Of a stretch of 64,000 nt of DNA, positions 49,124-57,859 are shown piece after piece. Source of the stretch: Suipraeoptans intestinalis (GTDB lineage: Bacteria > Bacillota > Clostridia > Lachnospirales > Lachnospiraceae); NCBI RefSeq assembly GCF_009696485.1, contig NZ_VULY01000018.1:2157906-2221905 (forward strand). Direction: 5' to 3'. Made by a program: the position numbers and the translations under genes. Below the pieces are notes generated by a model. It saw nothing but the letters and a program-made list of their open reading frames with translations, did not search any database and had not been told where the DNA came from. Position 1 is the first letter of the stretch. The number at the start of each line of letters is the position of its first letter.

Positions 49124-50404
49124 GTGAGATTAGAAATGGGACACATTTACATCAAGGATGTTCAATTCGCTTCAGAATCCAAGATTGAAGACGGAATCCT
49201 TTATGTATCCGAAGAGGAAGTGCGCAAAGTGGCAATGGAGGATGACAAGATCAAAAAAGTATCCTTTGACATTGCAAAACCGGGAGAGTCTGTAAGAATC
49301 ACACCGGTAAAGGACGTAATCGAGCCGCGTGTAAAAGTGGAAGGACGCGGAGGGATCTTCCCGGGCGTGATCGCAAAAGTGGACACGGTAGGAGAGGGAA
49401 AAACCTATGCACTAAAAGGAATGGCTGTAGTGACAGCAGGCCCCATTGTAGGATTTCAGGAAGGGATCATTGATATGACGGGACCGGGCGCCGACTATAC
49501 TCCGTTCTCCCAGACATTGAACCTGGTAATGGTATGTGAGCCGGTGGACGACATTAAGCCTCATGATTATGAAAAGGCAGTAAGATTTGCAGGGTTCCGT
49601 GTAGCTGTTTATCTGGGAGAGCTGGCAAGAAACCTGACTCCGGATGAGACAAAGGTATATGAGACATGCACCATCAAGGAAGGAATGACCCAGTATCCGG
49701 AGCTTCCCAGAGTGGCTTATGTGCAGATGCTTCAGAGCCAGGGACTGCTTCACGACACCTATGTATACGGAGTGGACGCAAAGAAGATCGTGCCGACCAT
49801 CATGAGCCCGACAGAGATCATGGACGGAGCCATCGTATCAGGAAACTGTGTTTCTGCATGCGACAAAAATCCTACCTATGTACACCTGAACAACCCGGTA
49901 GTACACGACCTGTTTGAACAGCACGGAAAGACCATCAATTTTGTGTGTCAGATCATCACCAATGAAAATGTGTATCTGGCAGACAAGCAGCGCTCTTCCG
50001 ACTGGACGGCAAAGCTTTGCAAGATGCTGGATCTGGACGGAGTGATCGTATCACAGGAAGGATTTGGAAATCCGGATACCGACCTGATCATGAACTGCAA
50101 GAAGATCGAGGCAGAAGGGGTTAAGACAGTCATCATCACAGATGAATACGCAGGACGCGACGGAAAATCCCAGTCTCTGGCAGATGCAGATGCAGCGGCA
50201 GACGCAGTGGTAACAGGCGGTAATGCAAATCAGGTGATCATCCTGCCGAAGCTGGACAAGGTGATCGGAACGATGGAGTATGTAACGAAGATCGCAGGAG
50301 CCAGCGATGAAACACTTCGTGAAGATGGATCTTTAGAGGTAGAGCTTCAGGTGTTGACTGGTGCTACGAACGAAACCGGATTCAACAAGCTGAGTGCAAG
50401 ATAA
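49124..50404 (+). CDS. grdE: Glycine reductase protein B proprotein GrdE (component B alpha/beta subunits)
   Basis: Starts MRLEMGHIYIKDVQF (GTG 49124, 7 nt after AAGGAGG), matching the GrdE N-terminus; conserved PrdA/GrdE proprotein body; the ORF track's upstream ATG 49106 has no RBS. Confidence 0.85.
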   Translation: MRLEMGHIYIKDVQFASESKIEDGILYVSEEEVRKVAMEDDKIKKVSFDIAKPGESVRITPVKDVIEPRVKVEGRGGIFPGVIAKVDTVGEGKTYALKGMAVVTAGPIVGFQEGIIDMTGPGADYTPFSQTLNLVMVCEPVDDIKPHDYEKAVRFAGFRVAVYLGELARNLTPDETKVYETCTIKEGMTQYPELPRVAYVQMLQSQGLLHDTYVYGVDAKKIVPTIMSPTEIMDGAIVSGNCVSACDKNPTYVHLNNPVVHDLFEQHGKTINFVCQIITNENVYLADKQRSSDWTAKLCKMLDLDGVIVSQEGFGNPDTDLIMNCKKIEAEGVKTVIITDEYAGRDGKSQSLADADAAADAVVTGGNANQVIILPKLDKVIGTMEYVTKIAGASDETLREDGSLEVELQVLTGATNETGFNKLSAR

Positions 50405-50417
50405 GGAGGACAGTACG

Positions 50418-51728
50418 ATGGCAAAATTAAGAGTGGTTCATTACATCAATCAGTTCTTTGCTCAGATTGGTGGAGAAGAAAAAGCGGATTATCCTGCAGA
50501 GATTCGTGTGGGAGAAGTAGTAGGACCGGGTGTGGCATTTGCGGCATCCTTTGGAGAAGAGGCAGAGATCGTTGCGACCATCATCTGTGGAGACTCTTAC
50601 TTCAATGAAAATCTGGAAAAAGCAAAGGCAGACATCCTGGCGATGGTAAAAGAGCAGGCTCCGGATGTATTTATCGCAGGACCGGCATTTAACGCAGGAC
50701 GTTACGGTGTTGCATGCGGAACTATCGCAGCGGCTGTTCAGGAAGAACTGGGTATCCCGTCCCTGACAGGTATGTATGTGGAAAATCCGGGTGCGGACAT
50801 GTTCAAGAACCAGGTATATATGGTTTCAACCAAGAACAATGCGGCAGGTATGAGAGACGCGGTGAAGAAGATGGCGCCGTTGGCTCTGAAGCTGGCGAAA
50901 AAAGAGCAGATCGGAGCTTCGGCAGAGGAAGGATACATGCCAAACGGCGTGCGTGTCAACTTCTTTGAGAAAGAAAGAGGATCTAAGAGAGCGGTAAAAA
51001 TGCTGCTGAACAAGCTGGCTGACAAACCGTTTGTAACAGAATTCCCCATGCCTGACTTTGACAGGGTAGAGCCCAATCCGGCCGTGAAGGATCTGGCACA
51101 CGCTAAGATCGCTATCGTGACTTCCGGAGGTATCGTTCCAAAAGGAAATCCGGATCACATTGAAAGCTCCAGTGCTTCCCGCTACGGCGAGTATGATATT
51201 ACCGGAGTAAATGATCTGACAGAGGAAACCTATGAGACGGCTCACGGCGGATATGATCCGATTTATGCAAATGAGGATTCAGACCGTGTTATCCCGGTGG
51301 ACGTGCTTCGAGATATGGAAAGAGAAGGCGTGATCGGAGAGCTGCATCACCTGTTCTATACCACGACAGGAAACGGAACGGCTGTTGCATCTTCCAAAGC
51401 GTTTGCAGCAGAATTTTCCCAGAAACTGAAAGCAGACGGAGTAGACGCTGTGATTCTCACTTCTACATGAGGAACCTGTACTCGTTGCGGTGCAACGATG
51501 GTGAAAGAAGTGGAGAGAGCAGGAATCCCGGTGGTACACATCTGTACCGTTACACCGATTTCCATGACAGTTGGAGCAAACAGGATCGTTCCGGCTATCG
51601 CGATTCCTCACCCGCTGGGAAATCCGGCACTGGATAAGGCGGAAGAAAAAGTGCTTCGTCGTCATATTGTAGAAAAAGCATTAGAGGCTTTGACGACAGA
51701 AGTAGACGGACAGACTATTTTTGATTAA
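50418..51728 (+). CDS. grdB: Glycine/sarcosine/betaine reductase selenoprotein B (GrdB family) with in-frame UGA (selenocysteine) at 51468-51470
   Basis: ORFs 50394..51470 and 51498..51728 are in the same frame, separated only by TGA; read-through gives ...DAVILTST-U-GTCTRCGATMVKEVERAG..., the GrdB UxxC active-site context; a stem-loop (TCGTTGC-GGT-GCAACGA, 51483-51499) lies about 12 nt downstream of the UGA as expected for a bacterial SECIS. Confidence 0.85.
51483..51499 (+). other. Candidate SECIS hairpin for grdB UGA decoding
   Basis: 7-bp perfect stem with GGU apical loop starting 12 nt 3' of the UGA. Confidence 0.4.
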
Positions 51729-51761
51729 TTCCAAGAGAGGAAAGAAGGAGGCAGAAAACAG

Positions 51762-52706
51762 ATGAGCAAAGTGTATGATGTGGTAATCCTGGGAGCAGGA
51801 CCTGCCGGTCTGGCAGCCGGACTGTATGCAGGCAGAAGCCGTTTGTCTACCCTCATCATTGAGAAGGGACAGGACGGCGGACAGATCGCCATCACGGACG
51901 AGATCGAAAATTATCCGGGGCAGATCGTGGAGGGAGAGTCAGGACCTTCCCTGATCGCAAGGATGACCAAGCAGGCAGAAAGATTTGGTGTGGAGAGAGT
52001 ATCTGATACCATCAAGGAAGTACAGCTGGAAGGAGACGTAAAAGTCCTGAAAAGCGAAAAAGGAGAGTATCAGGGAAAAAATGTGATCATCGCTACCGGA
52101 GCGTATGCACGCCCCATCGGATGCAAGGGAGAGGCTGATTTCATCGGAAAAGGCGTATCCTACTGTGCCACCTGTGACGCCAACTTCTTTGAAGATTTTG
52201 AAGTGTATGTGGTAGGCGGCGGAGATTCAGCCGTAGAAGAGGCGATGTATCTGTCCAAGTTTGCAAGGAAAGTGACCATTATCCACAGACGTGATGAACT
52301 TCGTGCGGCAAAATCCATCCAGGAAAAAGCATTTGCCAATCCAAAGATCGAATTCTTCTGGGATTCCGTAGTAGAGGAGATCTACGGCGAAGATATCCTG
52401 CAGGGAATGATCGTAAAAAATGTAAAGACCGGAGAAACCAGAAAGGTAGAAGCAGATCCGGAAGACGGAATGTTCGGCTTGTTTGGGTTCATCGGAACCA
52501 TCCCCAATTCCAAATTGTTTGAGGGGATCATCGATATGGATGAAAGAGGATACATCAAGGGAGATGAGGATATGCACACCAATGTTCCCGGTGTATATGT
52601 GGCAGGAGACGTTCGTATCAAGAGCCTTCGCCAGGTAGTAACGGCGGCGGCTGACGGAGCGATCGCAGCAACCCAGGTGGAAAGAAGCCTGTCCAACTAT
52701 TTCTAA
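51762..52706 (+). CDS. trxB: Thioredoxin-disulfide reductase
   Basis: FAD motif GAGPAGLAAGLYAGR, redox-active CATCD, NADPH GGGDSAVEEA. Confidence 0.95.
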   Translation: MSKVYDVVILGAGPAGLAAGLYAGRSRLSTLIIEKGQDGGQIAITDEIENYPGQIVEGESGPSLIARMTKQAERFGVERVSDTIKEVQLEGDVKVLKSEKGEYQGKNVIIATGAYARPIGCKGEADFIGKGVSYCATCDANFFEDFEVYVVGGGDSAVEEAMYLSKFARKVTIIHRRDELRAAKSIQEKAFANPKIEFFWDSVVEEIYGEDILQGMIVKNVKTGETRKVEADPEDGMFGLFGFIGTIPNSKLFEGIIDMDERGYIKGDEDMHTNVPGVYVAGDVRIKSLRQVVTAAADGAIAATQVERSLSNYF

Positions 52707-52823
52707 AAAATGAGGGGAGGCAGCCGAAGGAGGAGAGGATTCCTCCGGTTGCCTTCCGAAAGAAAGCAGACAGCCGAAGCTGTCAGAATCAATCAGAGAA
52801 CGATGAAAAATGGAGGTAGCAAG

Positions 52824-53141
52824 ATGTTAGATCTGGATAAGACAAATTTTGAAGAAGAAGTATTGAAGGCAGATGGATACGTATTTGTAGACTTTTACGG
52901 AGACGGATGTGTTCCCTGTCAGGCACTGATGCCGAAGGTGCATGAGTTTGCAGAAACTTATGGAGACAAGATGAAGTTTACGTCTTTGAACACTACAAAG
53001 GCACGCCGTCTTGCAATTTCCCAGAAGATCCTGGGACTTCCGGTTATGGCGATCTACAAAGGCGGAGAAAAGATCGATGAAGTCGTAAAGGACGACGCGA
53101 CACCGGAAAGCATTGAAGCAATGATTCAGAAATACATTTAA
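52824..53141 (+). CDS. trxA: Thioredoxin (Grd-associated, atypical GCVPC active site)
   Basis: Thioredoxin fold with [10 protein letters not shown] in place of the canonical WCGPC; start at MLDLDK (ATG 52824, RBS TGGAGGT). Confidence 0.85.
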   Translation: MLDLDKTNFEEEVLKADGYVFVDFYGDGCVPCQALMPKVHEFAETYGDKMKFTSLNTTKARRLAISQKILGLPVMAIYKGGEKIDEVVKDDATPESIEAMIQKYI

Positions 53142-53207
53142 TCGGGGGTATTTCTTGATCATAAAGCAACTTGAAGTAGGTATTTTCAGAAAGGAGAAAG
53201 CATAATT

Positions 53208-53681
53208 ATGGCTATTTTAGAAGGAAAAAAAGCAATAATTATCGGAGACCGTGACGGAATTCCGGGACCGGCGATCGCAGAATGTGTGCAGACGGCCGGA
53301 GCCGAGATTGTGTTTTCCTCAACGGAGTGCTTCGTTTGAACGAGCGCAGGTGCAATGGATTTAGAGAACCAGAAAAGGGTAAAAGAATTTGCTGACGAGT
53401 ATGGTGCAGAGAACTTGATCGTAGTTCTTGGTGCAGCAGAAGGTGAAGCAGCAGGACTTGCTGCTGAAACTGTAACAGCAGGTGACCCGACGTTCGCAGG
53501 TCCATTGACGGGAGTCCAGCTTGGACTTTTAGTATATCATGTATGTGAACCGGAGATGAAAGAAGAGTTTGATGAGGCTGTTTATGATGAACAGATCAGT
53601 ATGATGGAGATGGTACTTGACATTGATGACATTGTCAGCGAGATGACAGCCATCAGAGATGAATTCTGTAAGTTTTTATAA
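53208..53681 (+). CDS. grdA: Glycine reductase selenoprotein A (GrdA) with in-frame UGA (selenocysteine) at 53337-53339
   Basis: [58 protein letters not shown]...: the conserved GrdA N-terminus and CFVU motif; ATG 53208 (RBS AAAGGAGAAAG) and the listed ORF 53355.. are in the same frame. Confidence 0.85.
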
Positions 53682-53698
53682 AGTGAAAGGTTACACTT

Positions 53699-53727
53699 TC
53701 GGCGGAGGCAGGTCGGACCGCTCCGCC
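53699..53727 (+). other. Stem-loop between grdA and grdC (possible partial terminator / processing site)
   Basis: CGGCGGAG-12nt-CTCCGCC 8-bp stem 18 nt after the grdA stop, not followed by a U-tract. Confidence 0.3.
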
Positions 53728-53803
53728 GATATCATCATAAGGGTCTGACCGGCAGGCTCTTTCTTTTCTAATAAGAGAAAATAAGAAAGGTGGAAAACCA
53801 AGA

Positions 53804-55339
53804 ATGAATAGCGTAATTAAGGGAGCAAGTTATGTTTTAGTGCATACACCGGATATGGTGTTATATAATGGAACGACACAGACGACGGAAAAGATCGTAA
53901 ATCCGGAGTCCGACTATTTAAAAGAAGTACCCAACCATCTTCGTACCTACGAGGAGGCGCTTACTTACTGGCCGAATCAGACCTATATTGGGAACGCTCA
54001 TCCGGAAGAGCTTGCTGCGGTAGAGTTTCCGTGGTTTGACAAGAAAAAAGAAGATGCAAAACGCTATGGTAAATATGGAGAGATCATGCCACAAGAGGAA
54101 TTTTTACTGCTGGTGCAGGCTTGTGACATGTTTGAAGTCGTAAGACTGGATAAAGAATTTGTAGCAGAACACAAGGAGGCTTTTGCTGCCAATCCTGTGA
54201 TTTCCCAGGATATTGTGGAAAAGATCCACGAGGGCGCAGAGCTTTCTGAAATCGAAAAGTTTGTAACGGAAGAACATGCGGAAGGTCTGTACCATGACGG
54301 AAAGCTGGTAGGATGCGTAAAAAGAGCGCACGATATCGACGTAAACCTTTCCTCCCACGTTATGCACGAGAATCTGATGAGCAAGGCTTCCAGCGTACTG
54401 GCTCTGCTTCACGCAGTGAAAAATGCAGGGATCAGCAAAGAGGATGTAGACTACGTGGTGGACTGTGCAGAGGAAGCCTGCGGAGATATGAACCAGAGAG
54501 GCGGCGGCAACTTTGCAAAAGCGGCAGCCGAGATCGCAGGGCTGGTAAACGCTACCGGTTCCGATGCAAGAGGATTCTGTGCAGCGCCGACCCATGCGGT
54601 GATCGAAGCGGCGGCTTTGGTAAAATCCGGAGCATACAAGACGGTTGTAGTAACATCCGGAGGATGCACGGCGAAACTTGGCATGAATGGAAAAGATCAT
54701 CTGAAGAAGGGGCTTCCTATTCTGGAGGATTGTCTGGGAGGATTTGCCGTAGTCATTACAGAAAACGATGGAGTGAGCCCGGAGATCAATCTGAATATTC
54801 TGGGACGTCACTGCGTAGGAACAGGAAGCGCACCGCAGGCGGTAATCGGAAGTCTGGTTTCTGAGCCACTGGAGCGGGTAGGAATGAAGATCACGGACAT
54901 CGATAAATATTCGCCGGAGATGCAGAACCCGGATATCACAAAACCGGCAGGAGCAGGGGACGTTCCGATGGCAAATTACAAGATGATCGCAGCCCTGGCG
55001 GTAAAACGCGGCGACATCGACAGAAAAGAGCTGGCATCCTTTACGGAAAAGCATGGTCTGACCGGATGGGCGCCTACGCAGGGACATATTCCTTCCGGTG
55101 TGCCTTACATCGGGTTTGCATGTGATGATATTCTGGCAGATAAGATCAAAAACGCCATGATCATCGGAAAAGGAAGTCTGTTCCTGGGACGTATGACCAA
55201 CCTGTTTGACGGAGTATCCTTCGTGATCCAGAAAAATGAGGGAGCAACGGAAGAGACGGCAGGGGTTTCCGAAGAAGAGGTAAAAGGACTGATCGCAAAG
55301 GCAATGAAAGAGTTTGCTGCTACTCTTATGGCAGAGTAA
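53804..55339 (+). CDS. grdC: Glycine reductase complex protein C, beta subunit (GrdC)
   Basis: 511-aa ketoacyl-synthase-like protein with GrdC-type N-terminus (MNSVIKGASYVLVHTPD...) and conserved Cys region. Confidence 0.85.
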   Translation: MNSVIKGASYVLVHTPDMVLYNGTTQTTEKIVNPESDYLKEVPNHLRTYEEALTYWPNQTYIGNAHPEELAAVEFPWFDKKKEDAKRYGKYGEIMPQEEFLLLVQACDMFEVVRLDKEFVAEHKEAFAANPVISQDIVEKIHEGAELSEIEKFVTEEHAEGLYHDGKLVGCVKRAHDIDVNLSSHVMHENLMSKASSVLALLHAVKNAGISKEDVDYVVDCAEEACGDMNQRGGGNFAKAAAEIAGLVNATGSDARGFCAAPTHAVIEAAALVKSGAYKTVVVTSGGCTAKLGMNGKDHLKKGLPILEDCLGGFAVVITENDGVSPEINLNILGRHCVGTGSAPQAVIGSLVSEPLERVGMKITDIDKYSPEMQNPDITKPAGAGDVPMANYKMIAALAVKRGDIDRKELASFTEKHGLTGWAPTQGHIPSGVPYIGFACDDILADKIKNAMIIGKGSLFLGRMTNLFDGVSFVIQKNEGATEETAGVSEEEVKGLIAKAMKEFAATLMAE

Positions 55340-55351
55340 GGGGTGGTGACG

Positions 55352-56503
55352 ATGGCAAATAAGATAGAGCAGATGATCGCATCCACATTCATGGAGATGG
55401 CACAGGGACTGGAGACCGGAAGCTTTGGCAAAAAGCCCAGGATCGCCCTGACAGGGATGGGAAGCGAGCATGGAGAAGAAAACGCAATGGAAGCTGCCAT
55501 GATGGCAGCAAAAGAAGGGATCGAGGTTTATTACATCGGGACCCTGGAAGCGGAGGGTGTGATCACCGTAACCGTGAAGGATGAAGAAGAAGGCCACAAG
55601 AAAATGGAGGAGCTCCTGAAAAACAAAGAGGTGGATGGAGCCGTTACCATGCATTTCCCCTTCCCTATCGGGGTATCGACGGTAGGAAGAGCGATCACGC
55701 CTGCAAAGGGAAGAGAGATGTTTGTGGCGACCACTACCGGTACTTCCAGTGCAGATCGTATTGAAGGTATGATCAAAAATGCGATCTATGGAATCATTGC
55801 TGCAAAGGCCTGCGGCAAACAGGATCCGACGGTAGGGATCCTGAACGTGGATGGAGCAAGGCAGACCGAGATCGCATTGAAGCAGTTAAGAGACAACGGA
55901 TATGCTATCAGTTTTGCAGAGTCTGCAAGAAGTGACGGCGGCTGCGTCATGCGGGGAAATGATGTGCTTCAGGGATCGGCGGATGTAATGGTGTGCGATT
56001 CCCTGTCAGGAAATATCCTGATCAAGATGCTTTCTTCCTACACGACAGGGGGAAGCTACGAAGCTGCCGGATATGGATATGGCCCCGGTATCGGAGAAGG
56101 CTATGAGCAGCTGGTAATGATCATTTCCAGAGCATCCGGCGCGCCTCTGATCGCAGGAGCGATCCGCTATGCGGCAGAACTGGTCAGAGGAAAGGTGTTT
56201 GAGGTGGCAAAGAAAGAGTTTGCCGCAGCCAAGAAGGCCGGCCTGACAGAGATCCTTGCTGCAAGAAAAGGAGCAGAGAAGCCGGCTGCAGCAGAGGAAG
56301 TAGCGGCGCCGCCCAAAGAGGTGGTCACAGAACAGATCGCCGGTATTGAGATCATGGATCTGGAGGATGGCGTAAAGACGTTGTGGAAGCTGGGGATCTA
56401 TGCGGAAAGTGGAATGGGCTGTACCGGACCGATCATCCTGGTATCTGCACAGAACCTGGAAAAAGCAGCGGAAGAGCTGAAAAAAGCAGGGTATATTAAT
56501 TAA
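55352..56503 (+). CDS. grdD: Glycine reductase complex protein C, alpha subunit (GrdD)
   Basis: PlsX-like fold; start ATG 55352 (MANKIEQMIAS) after RBS GTAAGGGGTGGTG. Confidence 0.85.
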   Translation: MANKIEQMIASTFMEMAQGLETGSFGKKPRIALTGMGSEHGEENAMEAAMMAAKEGIEVYYIGTLEAEGVITVTVKDEEEGHKKMEELLKNKEVDGAVTMHFPFPIGVSTVGRAITPAKGREMFVATTTGTSSADRIEGMIKNAIYGIIAAKACGKQDPTVGILNVDGARQTEIALKQLRDNGYAISFAESARSDGGCVMRGNDVLQGSADVMVCDSLSGNILIKMLSSYTTGGSYEAAGYGYGPGIGEGYEQLVMIISRASGAPLIAGAIRYAAELVRGKVFEVAKKEFAAAKKAGLTEILAARKGAEKPAAAEEVAAPPKEVVTEQIAGIEIMDLEDGVKTLWKLGIYAESGMGCTGPIILVSAQNLEKAAEELKKAGYIN

Positions 56504-56537
56504 AACAAACGGCAGGATCTTGTCTGTCATAAAAAGG

Positions 56538-56589
56538 GTGTCCAAGCACTCTGAATGGAAGCATTCAGATGTTTGGGCATTCTTTTTTT
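56538..56589 (+). terminator. Intrinsic terminator of the grd operon
   Basis: Long hairpin GTGTCCAAGCACTCTGAATG...CATTCAGATGTTTGGGCAT followed by TCTTTTTTT. Confidence 0.8.
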
Positions 56590-56739
56590 GTGCCCCCTTT
56601 TGGAAATTTCGAAAGCCTAAAAAGCCTGGAGGGAGGAAAAATGACGGAAAGAAATATCACCAAGAGATGGCATTGTACACAAGAATAGAAGGGTGATTTT
56701 GTGCAAACAAACAAAAACGATAATAAACGATAATAAATA

Positions 56740-56772
56740 AACTAAAAATGTTGACTGAAAAGAATAAAAACG
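56740..56772 (+). promoter_or_regulatory. Promoter of the sugar ABC cassette (TTGACT-17-TAATAT) flanked by three copies of AACGATAAT
   Basis: TTGACT (56750) and TAATAT at canonical spacing; repeats at about 56716, 56727 and 56766. Confidence 0.5.
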
Positions 56773-56815
56773 ATAATATAACTTCATCAAAACTACCTAA
56801 GAGGAGGAAAAGTGA

Positions 56816-57769
56816 ATGAAAAAGAAAATCGTAGCAGGACTGTTGACGGCAGCCATGGTATGCGTGATGATCGCAGGCTGTGCAGGGCAGAAAGAGACAA
56901 AGAAGGAAGGAGAAAAGAAGGAGGAGGCGTTTAAGGCAGGGTTTGTGGTAGGTTCCTTTGAACATGTGTTTTATCAGCAGATCCGCGACGGGATTGAGGA
57001 GCAGGCAAAAGAACTGGGAATGGATGCAACCGTTACAGACGCAGAGCTGGATCCCAATATCGCATCCGACAGGATCCAGGATTTTGTAACGCAGGGCTGT
57101 GACGCAGTGGCTCTTTCCTGTAATGATGCGGCAGGGGTAAAACCGGCCATTGAGAATGCAGACAAAGAAGGCGTAAAGATGTTTACCTTTGATTGTACGA
57201 CGGATTCAGAAGCGATCCAGTGCTTTGTAGGAACAGACAATCTGGAAGGCGGAAGACTGGGCGGACAGGAACTGCTGAAATATTCCAAAGATGGAGATAC
57301 AGTAGGGATTATCTGTTATCCGACAGCTTCTTCCTGTCTGGATCGTCAAAACGGAGCATTGGAAGTGCTGGAAAAAGAGGACCGTAAAGTGGTTTATGAC
57401 AACAACTACGAAGGGGATGCCAACAAAGCGCAGGAGATCATGGAAAACATGCTGACGGCACATCCGGATATGGCGGCAGTGTTCTGTGTGGGAGATCCGG
57501 CTGCAACAGGAGCGCTTGCAGCGATCAAGGCGGCAGGATCCGACTGTAAGATCATCGGATTTGACGGAAATCCGGAAGCAAAAGAAGCGATTGCCGATAA
57601 AGAAGGAAACGGAAAATGGTGGGTGTCTGAAATCGCACAGAATCCGAAGGAAATCGGAAAACAGATCGTAGAACAGATGCATCAGTATCTGAGCACCGGA
57701 AAAGTGAAAGAAAAAACGATTTACATTGCTCCGTATGTCATTGATGCAAGTAATGTAAGCGAAAAATAG
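56816..57769 (+). CDS. Sugar ABC transporter substrate-binding lipoprotein (CUT2, ribose/galactose-binding-like)
   Basis: Lipoprotein signal (MIAGCAG); periplasmic-binding-protein type I fold motifs (FVVGSFEHVFYQQ, GIICYPTASSCLDR). Confidence 0.85.
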   Translation: MKKKIVAGLLTAAMVCVMIAGCAGQKETKKEGEKKEEAFKAGFVVGSFEHVFYQQIRDGIEEQAKELGMDATVTDAELDPNIASDRIQDFVTQGCDAVALSCNDAAGVKPAIENADKEGVKMFTFDCTTDSEAIQCFVGTDNLEGGRLGGQELLKYSKDGDTVGIICYPTASSCLDRQNGALEVLEKEDRKVVYDNNYEGDANKAQEIMENMLTAHPDMAAVFCVGDPAATGALAAIKAAGSDCKIIGFDGNPEAKEAIADKEGNGKWWVSEIAQNPKEIGKQIVEQMHQYLSTGKVKEKTIYIAPYVIDASNVSEK

Positions 57770-57859
57770 GAGACATCTACAGCAGGCAAAAGCCAGATAA
57801 GGACAAAAAGGAGCAGGCGGGCAGTTTGTGTCCGCCTGAACTTGTGAAGGGATAGGGAT

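Noticed and set aside
50394-51728. Two separate listed ORFs (50394..51470 and 51498..51728) as independent genes
   Set aside because: Same frame, separated only by TGA in a GrdB UxxC context with a SECIS-like hairpin. Annotated as a single selenoprotein instead.
54104-55654. 516-aa ORF on the minus strand
   Set aside because: Antisense to grdC/grdD, which have clear homology and RBSs. The Cys/His-rich translation looks like a nonsense frame.
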